61,273 bases of DNA from an uncultured virus (IMG/VR IMGVR_UViG_3300021400_000104) (taxonomy: Duplodnaviria > Heunggongvirae > Uroviricota > Caudoviricetes), in the IMG/VR virus record IMGVR_UViG_3300021400_000104, one strand, 5' to 3'. The position numbers were made by a program, and so were the translations under genes. The notes beneath the pieces were generated by a model. It searched no databases, was not told the DNA's origin, and saw only the letters and a program-made list of their open reading frames with translations. Position 1 is the first letter of the stretch, and the number at the start of each line of letters is the position of its first letter. Shown here in pieces: positions 1-11,751 of the stretch.

Positions 1-70
1 CCCTGACAGGAATCGAACCCGTATCTTGACGTCCGTAGCGTCACGTCCTAATCCGTTGAACGACAGGGGC
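1..70 (-). tRNA. tRNA-Arg(ACG), 3' end cut by window edge
   Basis: Reverse complement folds as a cloverleaf; anticodon arm TGACG-CT ACG GA-CGTCA; GGTTCGATTCC T-arm. Confidence 0.9.
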
Positions 71-105
71 ATTAGCTGCCGGAGCTATTGCCCCGGCTAA
101 CTTAA

Positions 106-525
106 TTACTTCTTATTTTCCCACGGACGAACGCCCTTACCTGCGATTACCACAGCGTACTTCATAAAAGAGTTACCTGTGTATTCTACCTTAGCTCCAT
201 TCGCCTTCGCGAACGCTCTTGCATACTTAATATCGTTAAAACGATGAACGCAAGGGTTAGAATTATCTTTGCTGATAGTAATCTTCTTCTCCATTTTATT
301 TCTCCTTTCATCATATGGAGCAATCTGACGATAACTTATTACGTCATCATCTCGCCAAACTCTCGCAATTCTTGAACCGAAAGTAAAACCATAAAGCATT
401 CCTGCTGCTTTGTCATAAGAAATTTTTGCTCTTTCTGCAACTTCTTCAACGCTATGAGGCTCTCCATCAGAAAAAATGTGATAGATAAAAAGTCTTAATT
501 CTTTAGCCTTTTCCTTACGGGTCAT
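106..525 (-). CDS. hypothetical protein (N-terminus wHTH-like)
   Basis: Start MTRKEK after GAGGG RBS and promoter at 560-588; an internal RBS+ATG (MEKKITISK) may give a second product. Confidence 0.55.
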   Translation of the reverse strand: MTRKEKAKELRLFIYHIFSDGEPHSVEEVAERAKISYDKAAGMLYGFTFGSRIARVWRDDDVISYRQIAPYDERRNKMEKKITISKDNSNPCVHRFNDIKYARAFAKANGAKVEYTGNSFMKYAVVIAGKGVRPWENKK

Positions 526-559
526 TTTATTTCCCTCTCTTTTCTCATTTTCTATATTT

Positions 560-588
560 ATTATAGCATATTTTTTGAAAAAAGTCAA
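560..588 (-). promoter_or_regulatory. sigmaA/sigma70-type promoter with extended -10 (example of about 25 copies)
   Basis: TTGACT-N17-TATAAT with TG before -10; similar copies near 928-956, 3441-3468, 5972-6000, 11683-11711, 14211-14239, 16112-16140, 20005-20032, 21073-21101, 21415-21444, 22591-22619, 23178-23207, 24651-24679, 26516-26544, 28425-28453, 32528-32556, 36036-36064, 38565-38593, 44851-44879, 47814-47842, 60405-60434. Confidence 0.85.
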
Positions 589-671
589 TTATTTTTCTGA
601 TTTGGGAGTTACTTAAAAGTCATTTAAATCTAAGAATTCTCTAATTTTTTCCTCTCTTTTTATTATCTGTA

Positions 672-902
672 TTAATAAAGTGGAACTGCTTTACACCAAA
701 GAACTTCATCTACACTAAAGCCAGAGTAGTTCTGATTCTCATAAGTGGACTTCAGCTCCTCAAAGAGGTTCTTTTCATCCTCATCCTCCGGATTATATCC
801 CCACTCGATAAGCTGATTATAAGCCGCATCATATGCCTTCTCAAGGCTCGAAAAAGCACGCTCTACGCCACAACCAATATCAAGAATCCATACTTTACTC
901 AT
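672..902 (-). CDS. hypothetical acidic protein
   Basis: Start MSKVWIL after GGAG RBS, downstream of a promoter. Confidence 0.6.
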   Translation of the reverse strand: MSKVWILDIGCGVERAFSSLEKAYDAAYNQLIEWGYNPEDEDEKNLFEELKSTYENQNYSGFSVDEVLWCKAVPLY

Positions 903-965
903 ATCTTCTCCCTCACTTTCTATAATAATTATAGCATATTTTTCGAGAAAAGTCAATCATTTATT

Positions 966-1312
966 TGGTGGAGGCGGAGGTGATCTGCCCACCTCGTCCA
1001 AGCATCCGCCACTTTATTTTCTACGAGTATAGTTAATCAGCTTTCTCTTTCTTCTCGTGCCGCCGACCAACAAATTACACGATATGTCATATTGCAAAAA
1101 CAAGCAAATCAACTGCAATAATCTTTTGATTGCCGGCACAACAAAATATTAAAGAGTCAAATCCGTGTGCAAGATGTGAACTCAAATCAAGTGCAGCTCA
1201 CGCTGCGAGTGCATAATTGTAATTAGCGTTTATTTTTAACTACGTTTTTAAGTTACGTTAAACTACCCGCTTATAAAGTTTAAGGACACCTGTCGAATCT
1301 AAATACGCCCCC
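966..1312 (-). ncRNA. ssrA: tmRNA, tag reading frame ANYNYALAA
   Basis: 5' GGGGGCG pairs with 3' CGCCTCC-ACCA including G3:U70; GATTCGAC near 5' end; resume context AAATAAAC-GCT; tag frame 1227-1198 ends ALAA-TGA. Confidence 0.93.
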
Positions 1313-1336
1313 ATAATTAAGGAGATTTTTATCCCC

Positions 1337-1654
1337 TTAATCTCTCTTTACGAGATGATAGTCATACCAGTCACACTCTTTGTCACTTTCAAGAACGTCC
1401 TCAATAAACTCTGCTTCACTTGCGATAAAATCTTCAGTCAAATCATCCCAAAGGTCAGAGCCACCGCACCTCCGAATGAATCTTCCTGCGGGAACGCTTA
1501 AAAGCCCTTCAATCTTAACTTCAGGATAAATTTCAGAAAGCCACTCTTTTACCATATCATCAGTTACTGCATCTCGGATAAAATCTTCGATGGACTCATA
1601 TTCAACCTGAGTATCGTGGAAATCACCAATAGAAACTTCTACTCTAATCATCAT
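1337..1654 (-). CDS. hypothetical acidic protein
   Basis: GGAGG RBS before MMIRVEV. Confidence 0.6.
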   Translation of the reverse strand: MMIRVEVSIGDFHDTQVEYESIEDFIRDAVTDDMVKEWLSEIYPEVKIEGLLSVPAGRFIRRCGGSDLWDDLTEDFIASEAEFIEDVLESDKECDWYDYHLVKRD

Positions 1655-1990
1655 TATCCTCCTTAAAACTTTACTACATAAATCTTTATGATAGCCTGTC
1701 GCATATCGTCCCAATCATACTGAACAGTAACCTTGGCATGGACCTCCTATGCAAAGCGCTCTGCCTGAGCTTCAATAACAAAAAACTTCATCATCATAAC
1801 AAAGCCTCCTTCAGAGATATGGGATTTTCATTTACTATAATAATTATAGCATATTTTTTAGAAAAAATCAATTAATCATCATCAAAATTCTTGTCACAAT
1901 CTCCTGCTGCCTTACACATACACCATGCAAAGAAAGAAAATATTCCGCCAATAGCGATAGCAAGAAAAATGATAATCTTAGTAATCATCT

Positions 1991-3409
1991 TTATACCTCC
2001 CGATTAACCTTAATATTAGGCATTTCTACTCCATCGTACTCCTTATCAAGAAGTCTCAATTGATAAAGTACAAGATAGCGACCATAAATTGCCGGCTTAA
2101 GGCAAAATTTCTCAAATTCATCAAGGTTAATCTGAGAAGCCTTAGTAATATGAGGAAAAAGTAACTTTAAATAAGCTGTGCAATTCTTTTTAATCGCTTC
2201 AAGATTTCTAGTATCTGCCTTCCCTTCTACAACAATAAGTTCATCTACTATTGCTCTATAATAGAATTCGTCTCGAAGGGTATGCAGCATTTCTGTAAGA
2301 TAATGTGCTGATAAACTCCATCCTTCCATTTTTCTGCTCTCATCAAAACGCCCAATTTTCTTGCCATCAATAATCATTGAAAAACGGTCAATAAGGGCAG
2401 ACTCTTTAAAAAACTTTGGCAACTTAGAAAAGATATTGCTTGTTTCAGGATTCATAGAATTAATGTCTACATTACCAACAAGAGTAAGACCAGCATCTGC
2501 CATTCCTGAATAGCCACCGATTCTAATTTCTCCTGATTCAAGATACGGCTTAAGAACGCCATTCATCTCTTCTGGATTAAGGCACTTTAATGTTTGAACC
2601 TCGTCCCATATTACATTATCATAGCTACCAAAATACCCCACCTTCTTGGTTGTATTATTATAAAAAGCAGTAGCTCTTGATACTGTGCCACTAGTCAACC
2701 AGTTATGCTGGCTAAGCTGAGAATAACAATAAGTTTTGCCGCTACCCTTAATTGCAAGCTCAATTACATTTAAACGCTTTTCAACAAAGGGCAAAAATCT
2801 TTGCAGTAAAGTGAGTTTTTGATCAAGACTATCAAAACCATTCGGATTAAAATTAAGTCCGCCAAGAAGCAAATCAACCCACTCTTCAATGGAGAAATTC
2901 TCTCTTGCTGTGCGATATTCGGCCATATTAAAAGTATATGGGCAAAGAGGATTAAATTCAATCATAGAAATAATCCCGCAATCATAAAGAAGCGTGACCT
3001 CTCCCCAAGCTGCATCAGGAGTAAGAAGATACTTCTTATTTTCAGATACTACGCTCCAATCAACCTGCGCCTCTTTTTGCTTTTTAGGAAAACCATATTC
3101 GGGAAGAGAAAAACAAATTAGATCATTGGCATAATCAAACTCAATTTTCACCTTCGTGAGAAGAGTAATAGTTCCCTTTTTAGAGTGTCGTGCCTCCAAA
3201 AGTCTAATATTCCATTCGTCGGAACGAAGTCTCATACTCTTTACATATTCAGAAATTCCGAAAGCATCAATCTTTCCATCTTCCTGACTAAACTTCATAA
3301 GAATCCAACTTCTTACCTCTGCGGGCAGGTCGAGCGCATTAAGTAGAGTGGCGGTATCTTTGTTCTTATTAATCGCAGCAAAGGGAAAATACTTCTTAAC
3401 CTTATTCAT
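1991..3409 (-). CDS. BrxL-like (BREX Lon-related) AAA+ ATPase lacking the C-terminal Lon protease domain
   Basis: LLQRFLPFVEKRLNVIELAIKGSGKT Walker A, WDEV Walker B, GNVD and SALIDRF motifs resemble the BrxL family. Confidence 0.75.
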   Translation of the reverse strand: MNKVKKYFPFAAINKNKDTATLLNALDLPAEVRSWILMKFSQEDGKIDAFGISEYVKSMRLRSDEWNIRLLEARHSKKGTITLLTKVKIEFDYANDLICFSLPEYGFPKKQKEAQVDWSVVSENKKYLLTPDAAWGEVTLLYDCGIISMIEFNPLCPYTFNMAEYRTARENFSIEEWVDLLLGGLNFNPNGFDSLDQKLTLLQRFLPFVEKRLNVIELAIKGSGKTYCYSQLSQHNWLTSGTVSRATAFYNNTTKKVGYFGSYDNVIWDEVQTLKCLNPEEMNGVLKPYLESGEIRIGGYSGMADAGLTLVGNVDINSMNPETSNIFSKLPKFFKESALIDRFSMIIDGKKIGRFDESRKMEGWSLSAHYLTEMLHTLRDEFYYRAIVDELIVVEGKADTRNLEAIKKNCTAYLKLLFPHITKASQINLDEFEKFCLKPAIYGRYLVLYQLRLLDKEYDGVEMPNIKVNREV

Positions 3410-3498
3410 TCATCTTTTTCCTTTCTCATTTTCTATATTTATTATACCATAAAAAAGGAAAAAAGTCAAACAACTTAGTGTTTGACTTCTTCTTAACC

Positions 3499-3924
3499 TT
3501 ACTTCCTAGTTGCGTGATAAATCTCCAGTGCATACTTGTCTGAATTATCTCGAGTTCCATCCTCAAGTGCGCAAAGAACATCAAGAGCTTTATGAATTGT
3601 GCTCTCTGCATCATGCAGATAATTAGCCATTACTGCATTAGCCTGACGGAGCGCCTTCGATCTTGCAATTGACTTCGCAAAATCTACATTTGAAACATCT
3701 CCATTCTTTAGCTTACACTTGCCGATAAACTTGGTCCCCTCATCAATAATGGGGAAAAGAGTATAACCGCCGCAAGATAGACAAGAAGCCTCTGAAGCAA
3801 AACTCCGAACCTCTCCAATTCTCCTATCAAGACGAACAATTGTTGCAACACATACTACCATATCAATTCCGTTTCTGTCCTGCCCAACATTATACTCAAA
3901 CTTATACTCATTCTTAGTTCTCAT
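3499..3924 (-). CDS. hypothetical protein
   Basis: 141 aa ORF with RBS. Confidence 0.6.
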   Translation of the reverse strand: MRTKNEYKFEYNVGQDRNGIDMVVCVATIVRLDRRIGEVRSFASEASCLSCGGYTLFPIIDEGTKFIGKCKLKNGDVSNVDFAKSIARSKALRQANAVMANYLHDAESTIHKALDVLCALEDGTRDNSDKYALEIYHATRK

Positions 3925-3941
3925 AAATATTATACTCCTTT

Positions 3942-4433
3942 TTAAAAAATCAATCTACGAATAACATCAAAAATCTCTCGCTCTTCTGGAGAAAGAGACT
4001 TCATTAGCTTGTCAATATCAGTAACTGAAGTCTTGTCTGTTACAGGCTTGTTGATAAATGAAGTCTCCTTTGGCTTATCATGAATTCCCAAGTTATTCTT
4101 AAGAAAATCTTCAAAGCTAAAAGTTGCCTTGTTTTCATCATTATCCTTTGCAGAGGTGAAATTTAGATTTTTCTTATTAGGATCCTTTTCATAAGTTAAA
4201 GAGGCCACAATCTTCTCTTGCCCACCAATATTAACATAATTAGTGATTGCAGTCTGCAAATCAGCATACAAATTGGCAATCTTATTCTTTGCCTCTTCAA
4301 TTGCCTTATTATCTGCTGCGCGCTTCAATCGCGCATTTTCAATCTCCCCACAACGCTGTGCGCACTCTCCCATCTTCAAGGGATTAGTATAAACAGTATT
4401 GCAAAAAGGACAACGATAAATCTTATTTTCCAT
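3942..4433 (-). CDS. hypothetical protein, N-terminal CxxC and coiled coil
   Basis: YRCPFC...C...C. Confidence 0.55.
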   Translation of the reverse strand: MENKIYRCPFCNTVYTNPLKMGECAQRCGEIENARLKRAADNKAIEEAKNKIANLYADLQTAITNYVNIGGQEKIVASLTYEKDPNKKNLNFTSAKDNDENKATFSFEDFLKNNLGIHDKPKETSFINKPVTDKTSVTDIDKLMKSLSPEEREIFDVIRRLIF

Positions 4434-4446
4434 TATATATCACTCC

Positions 4447-4770
4447 TTATTCATTAAACAAATAATTCATATATCCAAGGTATTCACGACTCACCATATT
4501 GATATTGCCGCACATCTGCTTCACAGTCTTCTTTTCTACTGTGCCGTCCTCCTTGGTAAATTCCTTTTCGACCTCAATCTGATTCTCACAAATGAGAACA
4601 TTACTTCCTGTAATATATCTCATCTGTCCGCCGCAATTCTTACAACGACTAAACTTCTCAATCTGAGGCTTCTTCTTAGCGGGGTTTGACGGCGTAGACT
4701 TAGGCATCTTAATACCCATGTCCTTCGCGAGCTTGTCAAGATTTCCCCACTGATAATACTTTCTACTCAT
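4447..4770 (-). CDS. zinc-ribbon hypothetical protein
   Basis: CKNC...C...C. Confidence 0.55.
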   Translation of the reverse strand: MSRKYYQWGNLDKLAKDMGIKMPKSTPSNPAKKKPQIEKFSRCKNCGGQMRYITGSNVLICENQIEVEKEFTKEDGTVEKKTVKQMCGNINMVSREYLGYMNYLFNE

Positions 4771-5143
4771 AATATCTTACTCCTTTTTTAATTAATAATC
4801 CCATTTGGAATCTTCTGCATCTTTTTGTTTTCTTCTCCGATAATCAGACTTATTACTATCTTTACCCTGCTCTCGCTTTTTCCTTCTTTTTTCACTGTCT
4901 CTTTCACGTTTAGTCTTTATATCTTCCTTGTTATAAGTCTAATTATCGTGTTTACTCTTTCCCATTAGAACTAACTCAATCCTCCATTTTAGAAAGCTCC
5001 TCATAAATAGCATCTAGCTCTTCAGGAGTTAGGTAGTCAATAGGCTCAAACTCTTCGATTTGCTGAAACAAGCTAAAAGTATCCATATTAGCCCTCCTTA
5101 TTATATATTTATTATACCTCTTTTTTAGAAGAAAGTCAAATAA

Positions 5144-5944
5144 TTAACTCCAATCACTTTCTTGTGCCCAAAAGGCTTCATCATCATATCCGCCATAGTC
5201 AATGACACATGGACATCCATCTCTATCAATCCCGTAATTACCGCCATTCATATCCGTAATTTGAGATTCATTAAAAGCCATAAGTGCCATTTCAGATACC
5301 TCTGGCCCATAAGTTTGCACTAACAAAGTAACGAAAAGAAGAGGAAAGATAGGATATTCACATTCGACAGGAATTGTAGATGCAGATATATCTCTTGCTG
5401 TTACAATAGTTTCTTTAGAGTATTGTTTTAATTTTCCTAAACCGTCATCCGCAACAGATACAATTTTTTCTTGGATATAAATTGGAATACCATTATAATT
5501 ACAGATAAATTGGGGCGGTTTAAGAAGAAGCTGTAGCTCTGCCGGCGCATCATTAAAAATTTCAATTTCTTCCTTTAAAGTATCTATACCGCTAGAATTT
5601 TTAACGATTTGAAAATCAACCGGCTCTTCGTCATCTTCAGGATAACATTCCTTACATGTTTCTCCATCTTCATAAACTTCCTCATATTGTCCAGTAATAT
5701 TCATTTTAATAACGTAATCAGTTTTTTCAGGAATAAGACAAACTTTTGTCGCTCCTTTTGCTACTTGAACTTCTCCACAAAAATCTCGATAAAAATCTTG
5801 TACCCAATGACGATTCTCGGTAGATGAAAGGACGCCCTCAGAGGTTCCCCACTCATATTCATTTTTACTGATATAAACTCCCGTGGGATTATCACCGAGG
5901 GCAATTTTAACAATTTTGAGAACTTCATCTTCACTATAATTCAT
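5144..5944 (-). CDS. protein-kinase-like fold protein
   Basis: GATKVC Gly-loop-like, YVIK, DMNGGNYG catalytic-loop-like and IDYG (DFG-like) motifs. Confidence 0.55.
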   Translation of the reverse strand: MNYSEDEVLKIVKIALGDNPTGVYISKNEYEWGTSEGVLSSTENRHWVQDFYRDFCGEVQVAKGATKVCLIPEKTDYVIKMNITGQYEEVYEDGETCKECYPEDDEEPVDFQIVKNSSGIDTLKEEIEIFNDAPAELQLLLKPPQFICNYNGIPIYIQEKIVSVADDGLGKLKQYSKETIVTARDISASTIPVECEYPIFPLLFVTLLVQTYGPEVSEMALMAFNESQITDMNGGNYGIDRDGCPCVIDYGGYDDEAFWAQESDWS

Positions 5945-6023
5945 TATAATATTTCCTCCAATTCTATTAATATTATAACATAATATATAGAAAAAGTCAA
6001 ATATTTGATGTTAAAATTTTATA

Positions 6024-7160
6024 TTAAATGCTTTCATCCTCTGGCAGAGTAATATGAAACAATGAAATATACTTAAGAGTAGTAATATTTTGAAGTAAAG
6101 TATCAAGTCTTCCATCATATTCTGCGAATAGTAATGGCGCGAAGTTCCCTTTTCCTACATACTGTGCAAAATACTTTCTCCGAGTGCGTTCGTCATCTGC
6201 AAATTGGTGTTCCATCTTCCATCTTTCTACTACGCTCTTGATTGCACTTACACGATAGTTTGCAGTAGTCATTTGTTCTTGAACGCTATCGAATATAGGT
6301 TTGTATTCTTGAAAATAACTAAGAAATTCATAGTGGTCATTTGCTCTGATTAAATCAACAATACGTTCTAAGGTGATTACTCCGTTATTCTTAGCCTTAT
6401 GCATCTGAAAATAGAGGAGAGTCTTAATCTTTACACGCTCATAGTTCTTATCACACACAACAATACCTTCATGACCTTCAGGCATTGAAGCTACAAGGTC
6501 ACGATACTCTTCTTCGTCTTCTAATACCCAGAGCTTAGGACGAGCTACATTAAGTTCCTTAGCAATGGTTTCTACCGCGGGAGTTTCATGCAGGTCTTCA
6601 GATAACATATTACGAGCAGAAAGTAAATATACCTTAGTCTCAGGATAGTCGATAACTACTTTATTATAAGGAGATACAAGTTCAAAAGTAAGGCAATAAG
6701 GCTCATAACGATTATTTACAAAGGTAGACAAAGGCAGCACAGACTCGAACAGTTCACCGAAAGTCTTGTAAGGACCTACACCGTTAAGCTCTGCCTTGAA
6801 TGCATCAATAGTAGCGTTTGTAGAAAGATGCCACTTGCCGCGTGCAAACCATACAGACATGATGGAGCCATCAATCTTCTCGGTTGCAATAGCAGTATCC
6901 CAGTCAAGGTGAGCAGCAAAGCCCTCGTCTACGTTGAAGAACTTCTTGAAAGCATAACGAACTACACGGAAGTTATCCTGAATATCAAGAATAAGACCAC
7001 GAGCCTCCTTACAGATTTCCTCATTAAAATCAGAAGCAATCTGGTTATACTTAAAGAGGACAAAACCATCATCTTCAGAAATCTTTAAGTTGTAAGGCGT
7101 ATCAGCTAAAAGCTCACGCCAGTTATCATGTGCAAAGATAAACTCCTGAATCTTTAACAT
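6024..7160 (-). CDS. T4 Rnl1-family RNA ligase
   Basis: KFFN, EKIDGS (motif I), FEL, EGIVV, RVKIK nucleotidyltransferase motifs. Confidence 0.85.
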   Translation of the reverse strand: MLKIQEFIFAHDNWRELLADTPYNLKISEDDGFVLFKYNQIASDFNEEICKEARGLILDIQDNFRVVRYAFKKFFNVDEGFAAHLDWDTAIATEKIDGSIMSVWFARGKWHLSTNATIDAFKAELNGVGPYKTFGELFESVLPLSTFVNNRYEPYCLTFELVSPYNKVVIDYPETKVYLLSARNMLSEDLHETPAVETIAKELNVARPKLWVLEDEEEYRDLVASMPEGHEGIVVCDKNYERVKIKTLLYFQMHKAKNNGVITLERIVDLIRANDHYEFLSYFQEYKPIFDSVQEQMTTANYRVSAIKSVVERWKMEHQFADDERTRRKYFAQYVGKGNFAPLLFAEYDGRLDTLLQNITTLKYISLFHITLPEDESI

Positions 7161-7161
7161 T

Positions 7162-10124
7162 TTAGCCCTCGCTTTCTTTATCCCAATAAATTTTCAAATC
7201 TACTTTGTCATGTACTCTCGCAGCGAAATAGTCATCTACATTTTTAAAATCTTCCTTTTTAGTAACCTTCTCTTCAAGAAGAACCCTGAATCCGAAGCTC
7301 TCAAATTCTGAAGCGATAGCTCTATAAATTTTTACAATATCTTTGCCAATATCACCCGAAAGAATATGGTCATAGAGGTATTCAAAATTTCTATAACTTA
7401 TTTTCCCGTCCATTGCGTTTTTTTTTACATTTTTCCAGAAATTTAACCTAGTCTTTTTGAAGGTATCATTATATTTACCTTCGACCATAGCTCTAGCATC
7501 TTCAACAGAAAAGGTGATGGTATTTATTTCTTTTTTCCCCTTTTTGAATAAGCTCATTTCAATCCCTCCTCTGAAGAGATAAATTCCCAATTAGCAATCA
7601 CTTTACCAATTCGGTATCCATCATCGTCAGAAACAATACGTATATAAGGAGTATGGTCTTGAAAATCTGGCATAAAAATAGGAATAGCAATAGAAATTGG
7701 AGATTTAAAACTAGTGCTCCAATAACCGCATTCAGAAGCAACACAAACTTCTCTATCTGCAAGTTCTGGATACTCTTTTAGAATTGCCGAGAGACCATCA
7801 ACTAATTCTTTAAGTGTTACCATTTAATCCTCCTTACTCAAGGTAATCATCATATATAATTATTGCTCTATAAAAAGAATTATCTCTCTTTATATCATTA
7901 CGAACAACTACTTCTCCTACCTCTTCTACAAAACCAATTAACTCTTCAAGAGAATTAAAAGTAATAACCCGCTCTCCAAACATACCATTCATTCTCTCCT
8001 CTTGAGTAAGTTCACGAGTTTGATAATGAGAAAGAAATTCTGAATAGTCATTTCCTGATGCTGAAAATTGATATACGAATTCCATTTAATCCTCCTCATC
8101 AATTGTATGCTCAGTAATATATAACTGACCACAAGCATAGTAAGAAGTTGATACTACCTGCTCTACGTTTTTAATCTTTTCTTCAACCACAGCGATATAG
8201 CCGCGGAGCTTCTCTGCATATTCATCATCGTCTTCGCATTCATCAAGCTCATCTCTATAAGACATGATTGATTCTTTTAATACGCTGATAAGTCCTTCCT
8301 TTGCTTTTTCAAAGGAGCTGTAAACTCCAATTACTCCATGGTCATAATCAGTGCGAAAATCCTCAAGCGTATAAACAGTAGTTTCCATTTTATCTTATCT
8401 CCTTATTCAGAATCGTCATCACAATCTTTCTCAAAGCAAGGAATATTACCACTCTGTGAACAACACCTACAATATTCATCATAAGGTTTCCATGCCTTGC
8501 ACTTATCTTTTACTTTTGGATTAGAGGGCTCCTTTATTAACCAATTATCTAGCTTATTTTTAACGTCCTCATATTTTTCATGAATATAAAAGGTTTTTTG
8601 AATACCAATACAATTAACACAAGTTACATTATCTAAATCTCGATCATCAGGAAAAATCATTGCAATTGAATTTACATTCAAAATAGTTTTCCCTTTCTCA
8701 AGGCAAATTAAATCCTTATTCATTTAAAGCTGCCTCTATCTTTAATTCCTCATAAGTCATTGCTTCTACCATCTTTCTACAATTCGGGCAATTCATATAA
8801 ACCATATAAGGTAAACAAGGAGGAGAAAATTTAACTTCTTTTCTCGCCGCCGTCCATCTACATCCACAATTGAAACAAGAAAATTGAAAATCATTTGCGT
8901 TCTTTTTTTGATCGCCACTATTTATAATAACCATTTTAGTCCTCCTCAGGCTTGCTCTCAGCAAAGGTATACTGTCCCTCCTGTGTCTGATATGTTACGC
9001 CATTCTTAAAGTGAATAGTGATTACATGCTTATCATGCATAATTACATCTGAAGTAATATAATCAATGTCCTCAGTCGCATAGTATTCACCGTCAACATA
9101 AATATACTTATGTGCATAAATATCGTTTTCAACTACAGAATTACTCCAACAGCTCTCGAAGCCAAGTAAAATAAAACATATTACAACGCATATGAAAATC
9201 ATATAAAAGTCTTTTTCATCATCGTACCTATACATTTTTATCTCCCGTTTCTTAACTTTCTATAATAATTATATCATAATTTCTTCAAATTATCAAATAA
9301 TTAATTAAAGAAAATAAAATTCTCTACATTATTTTATTACAAGTCTGCCGTATTTTGACCGTTTAATTTCAATATAAATAGGATAAGGCACATCCCCATT
9401 GTGGTATTCAATTTTCCACGTTCTATCAACATCCACTTCGATAACAGTCGCCGCACCAGCAAAACCAATTTTAAATAGACTCGATGGCGCACCTCGCATT
9501 GCATATTTTGCCTTATCCCATGCGTGCCAATTATTGTGATCTTTGACGTACTGAACAATACGAGGGTCAAAAGACATATCCTCATTTATCACAATATCAG
9601 AATCGCTATATCCTATTGACTCATAAAATTCCTTAAAATCTTTTGGAGGAATAAAAAAATGACCAAAAATTACGCACTCTTTAATATTCATTTTACCTCC
9701 CAAAAGAAGAATCTTTAAAAGCAATTCTTGTTACTTGAATCATATCAATCATTACTCCATACTTAATTGCAAATGCTCGCTTGGCATTATAAATATCCTC
9801 ATCTGAATTAGGATTTATTGCCACAATTTCCCTATATTTTGAAGCTCCTCCAATTCCCTGAGCTGTAACCGCACTAAATTCTACAAGAAGTTTCTGTTCC
9901 ATTATTCAACACTCCTTCTATTATTCTCCATGATAATCGTTGACTAAATAATTTATTGCTGCCATTTCAATAAACCAAAGGATACCATAACCTATAGCAC
10001 TAATAACATTTTTTGTTATTAAAGTCAAAAGGAATAAAGCAATTGTTCTAAGAATAATACACGTGCCGGCAGCTAAGCCGGCAATACCTATTAATACAAA
10101 CAAAATAACTCTAAATCTTTTCAT
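7162..10124 (-). other. array of about 10 small, tightly packed hypothetical ORFs
   Basis: 7162-7590, 7554-7823, 7834-8085, 8086-8388, 8403-8723, 8716-8964, 8936-9235, 9329-9724, 9693-9902, 9921-10124; mostly preceded by GGAG(G) RBSs with overlapping stop/start. Confidence 0.65.
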
Positions 10125-11062
10125 CGAGACTTAAGCATTTCCTTTACATATCCCATCGCAAGACTGGAGCAGGTCTTACCGAAAAGCTCACAAGCTGCTA
10201 CAATCTCCGGCTCCTCCTTTACGCAGTCTTCATAAGTTAGCTTACCAATGTTCTTGGCAATTACTCCCATGTTCTTCTCGTCCCAATCCTCCGGAATGAT
10301 ACCCTCGTCAATCATCTTCTCCATGATCTTCTGAACACGACGCTCGGTAACTACAGTTGCAACCATCTGGCGCTCTGCTTCACGAGCTGCAAGAACCGCA
10401 GGATCAATAGGCTTCTTAGGCTTAGAATCATGAACCTCAGAGAACTTCTCCGATACAATCTTGACATAAGTGGGTAGACGCCACTCTGGAATGTCAATAG
10501 TATTCTAGTTCTTGATTACAATTCCCTCACCGCAAGGCTCCGCATTAACATCGGTACGTCCAACCATCTGATAAAGGTGATCCCAAGAGATAAATGGACC
10601 GTCATAGAATACAGGAACGAAGTTAATAACCTCCTGTGTGAGCTGGGCTACACTTAAAAGCCCCGCGTGAATCGCACAAACATCGTCATAATGAAGCCAC
10701 TTCTCGTCCTGTGTATCCCATACATCGAACATCCAGAAATGATTGTACTCATGCTCAGGATAACGAACAGTATGCGGCACAAGCCACTCACCAAAAATTA
10801 CATAGCGACCGTTCTGAGTCATATGAGTAATACCCTTTTTATCAAGGCGCTAAGTCCAATCCCAAAAACCACGGAGATTATTTGCCTCATTTAATTCAGT
10901 CTTACGAGAGAAAGCCAGAACCTTATCCTGTGCGGAATTGTAGGTAAAAGATGCGTTAGCCCCGTCAATCTTCTCCTGTACCACAATTTCATCGCCAACA
11001 CGCATACACTCATCATACTTTACCTTAAAACGCTCTATGTCTATATAATGCTTTTGTACCAT
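10121..11062 (-). CDS. Rnl2-like RNA ligase (two in-frame TAG read as Gln)
   Basis: Three track ORFs join in one frame via TAG at 10850 and 10505: EKIDGANASF, FGEW, FDV, EGIVIKN(Q), YVKIVSEKF; ends TGA. Confidence 0.85.
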
Positions 11063-11097
11063 AATAAAATCCTCTCCTTTTAAATTTTTATAAATAA

Positions 11098-11649
11098 TTA
11101 CTTATATTGTATATCCCAAATCTTCTTTCCAAAACGATACTTTTTATAAGTGATTTTATCTTCTGGATTTAAATCCAACCAATCACTTTTTGAAATTTTA
11201 TACTCAATACGATTATCTCCAATAATTCCGACAACATAATAACTTTCATAATGAGCACCTCGTATTACGTCTCCAAGCTGAGGATTATCATATGAATAAG
11301 GAATATCACAGGGGTATTCATAAGGAGATTTATCATATCCCATGGACCCTATTGATGCTGAAGAGACCCACCTGTTTATTTTATAATAAAATTTCCAGTC
11401 ATAAATTGGATTATCATTTTCATCTCTTCTTCGTATTTCTCTTCTAGGACTAACGTCATATGCACCTTCTGGATAAGTGTCCCAGCTACTCTCTTCAAGC
11501 ATTGTATACTTATATGTTGGAATATCCCACTCCCATCTAGTTTTTTGAACTCTCATTTCTCCCTTAATTGGAATTGCAAGAAAAAGAGTAATTCCAACTG
11601 CTGCAATTCCACTAGCGATACCAATTCCGATTTTAGTATTTACATCCAT
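11098..11649 (-). CDS. membrane-anchored hypothetical protein
   Basis: N-terminal hydrophobic helix. Confidence 0.6.
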   Translation of the reverse strand: MDVNTKIGIGIASGIAAVGITLFLAIPIKGEMRVQKTRWEWDIPTYKYTMLEESSWDTYPEGAYDVSPRREIRRRDENDNPIYDWKFYYKINRWVSSASIGSMGYDKSPYEYPCDIPYSYDNPQLGDVIRGAHYESYYVVGIIGDNRIEYKISKSDWLDLNPEDKITYKKYRFGKKIWDIQYK

Positions 11650-11751
11650 ACTTATTCTCCTTATCTATTCTTTATATATATATTATATCATATTTTTTAA
11701 AATAAGTCAATAAAAATGCCGGTTCTTTCGAGCCGGCATTTTAAAAATTAT

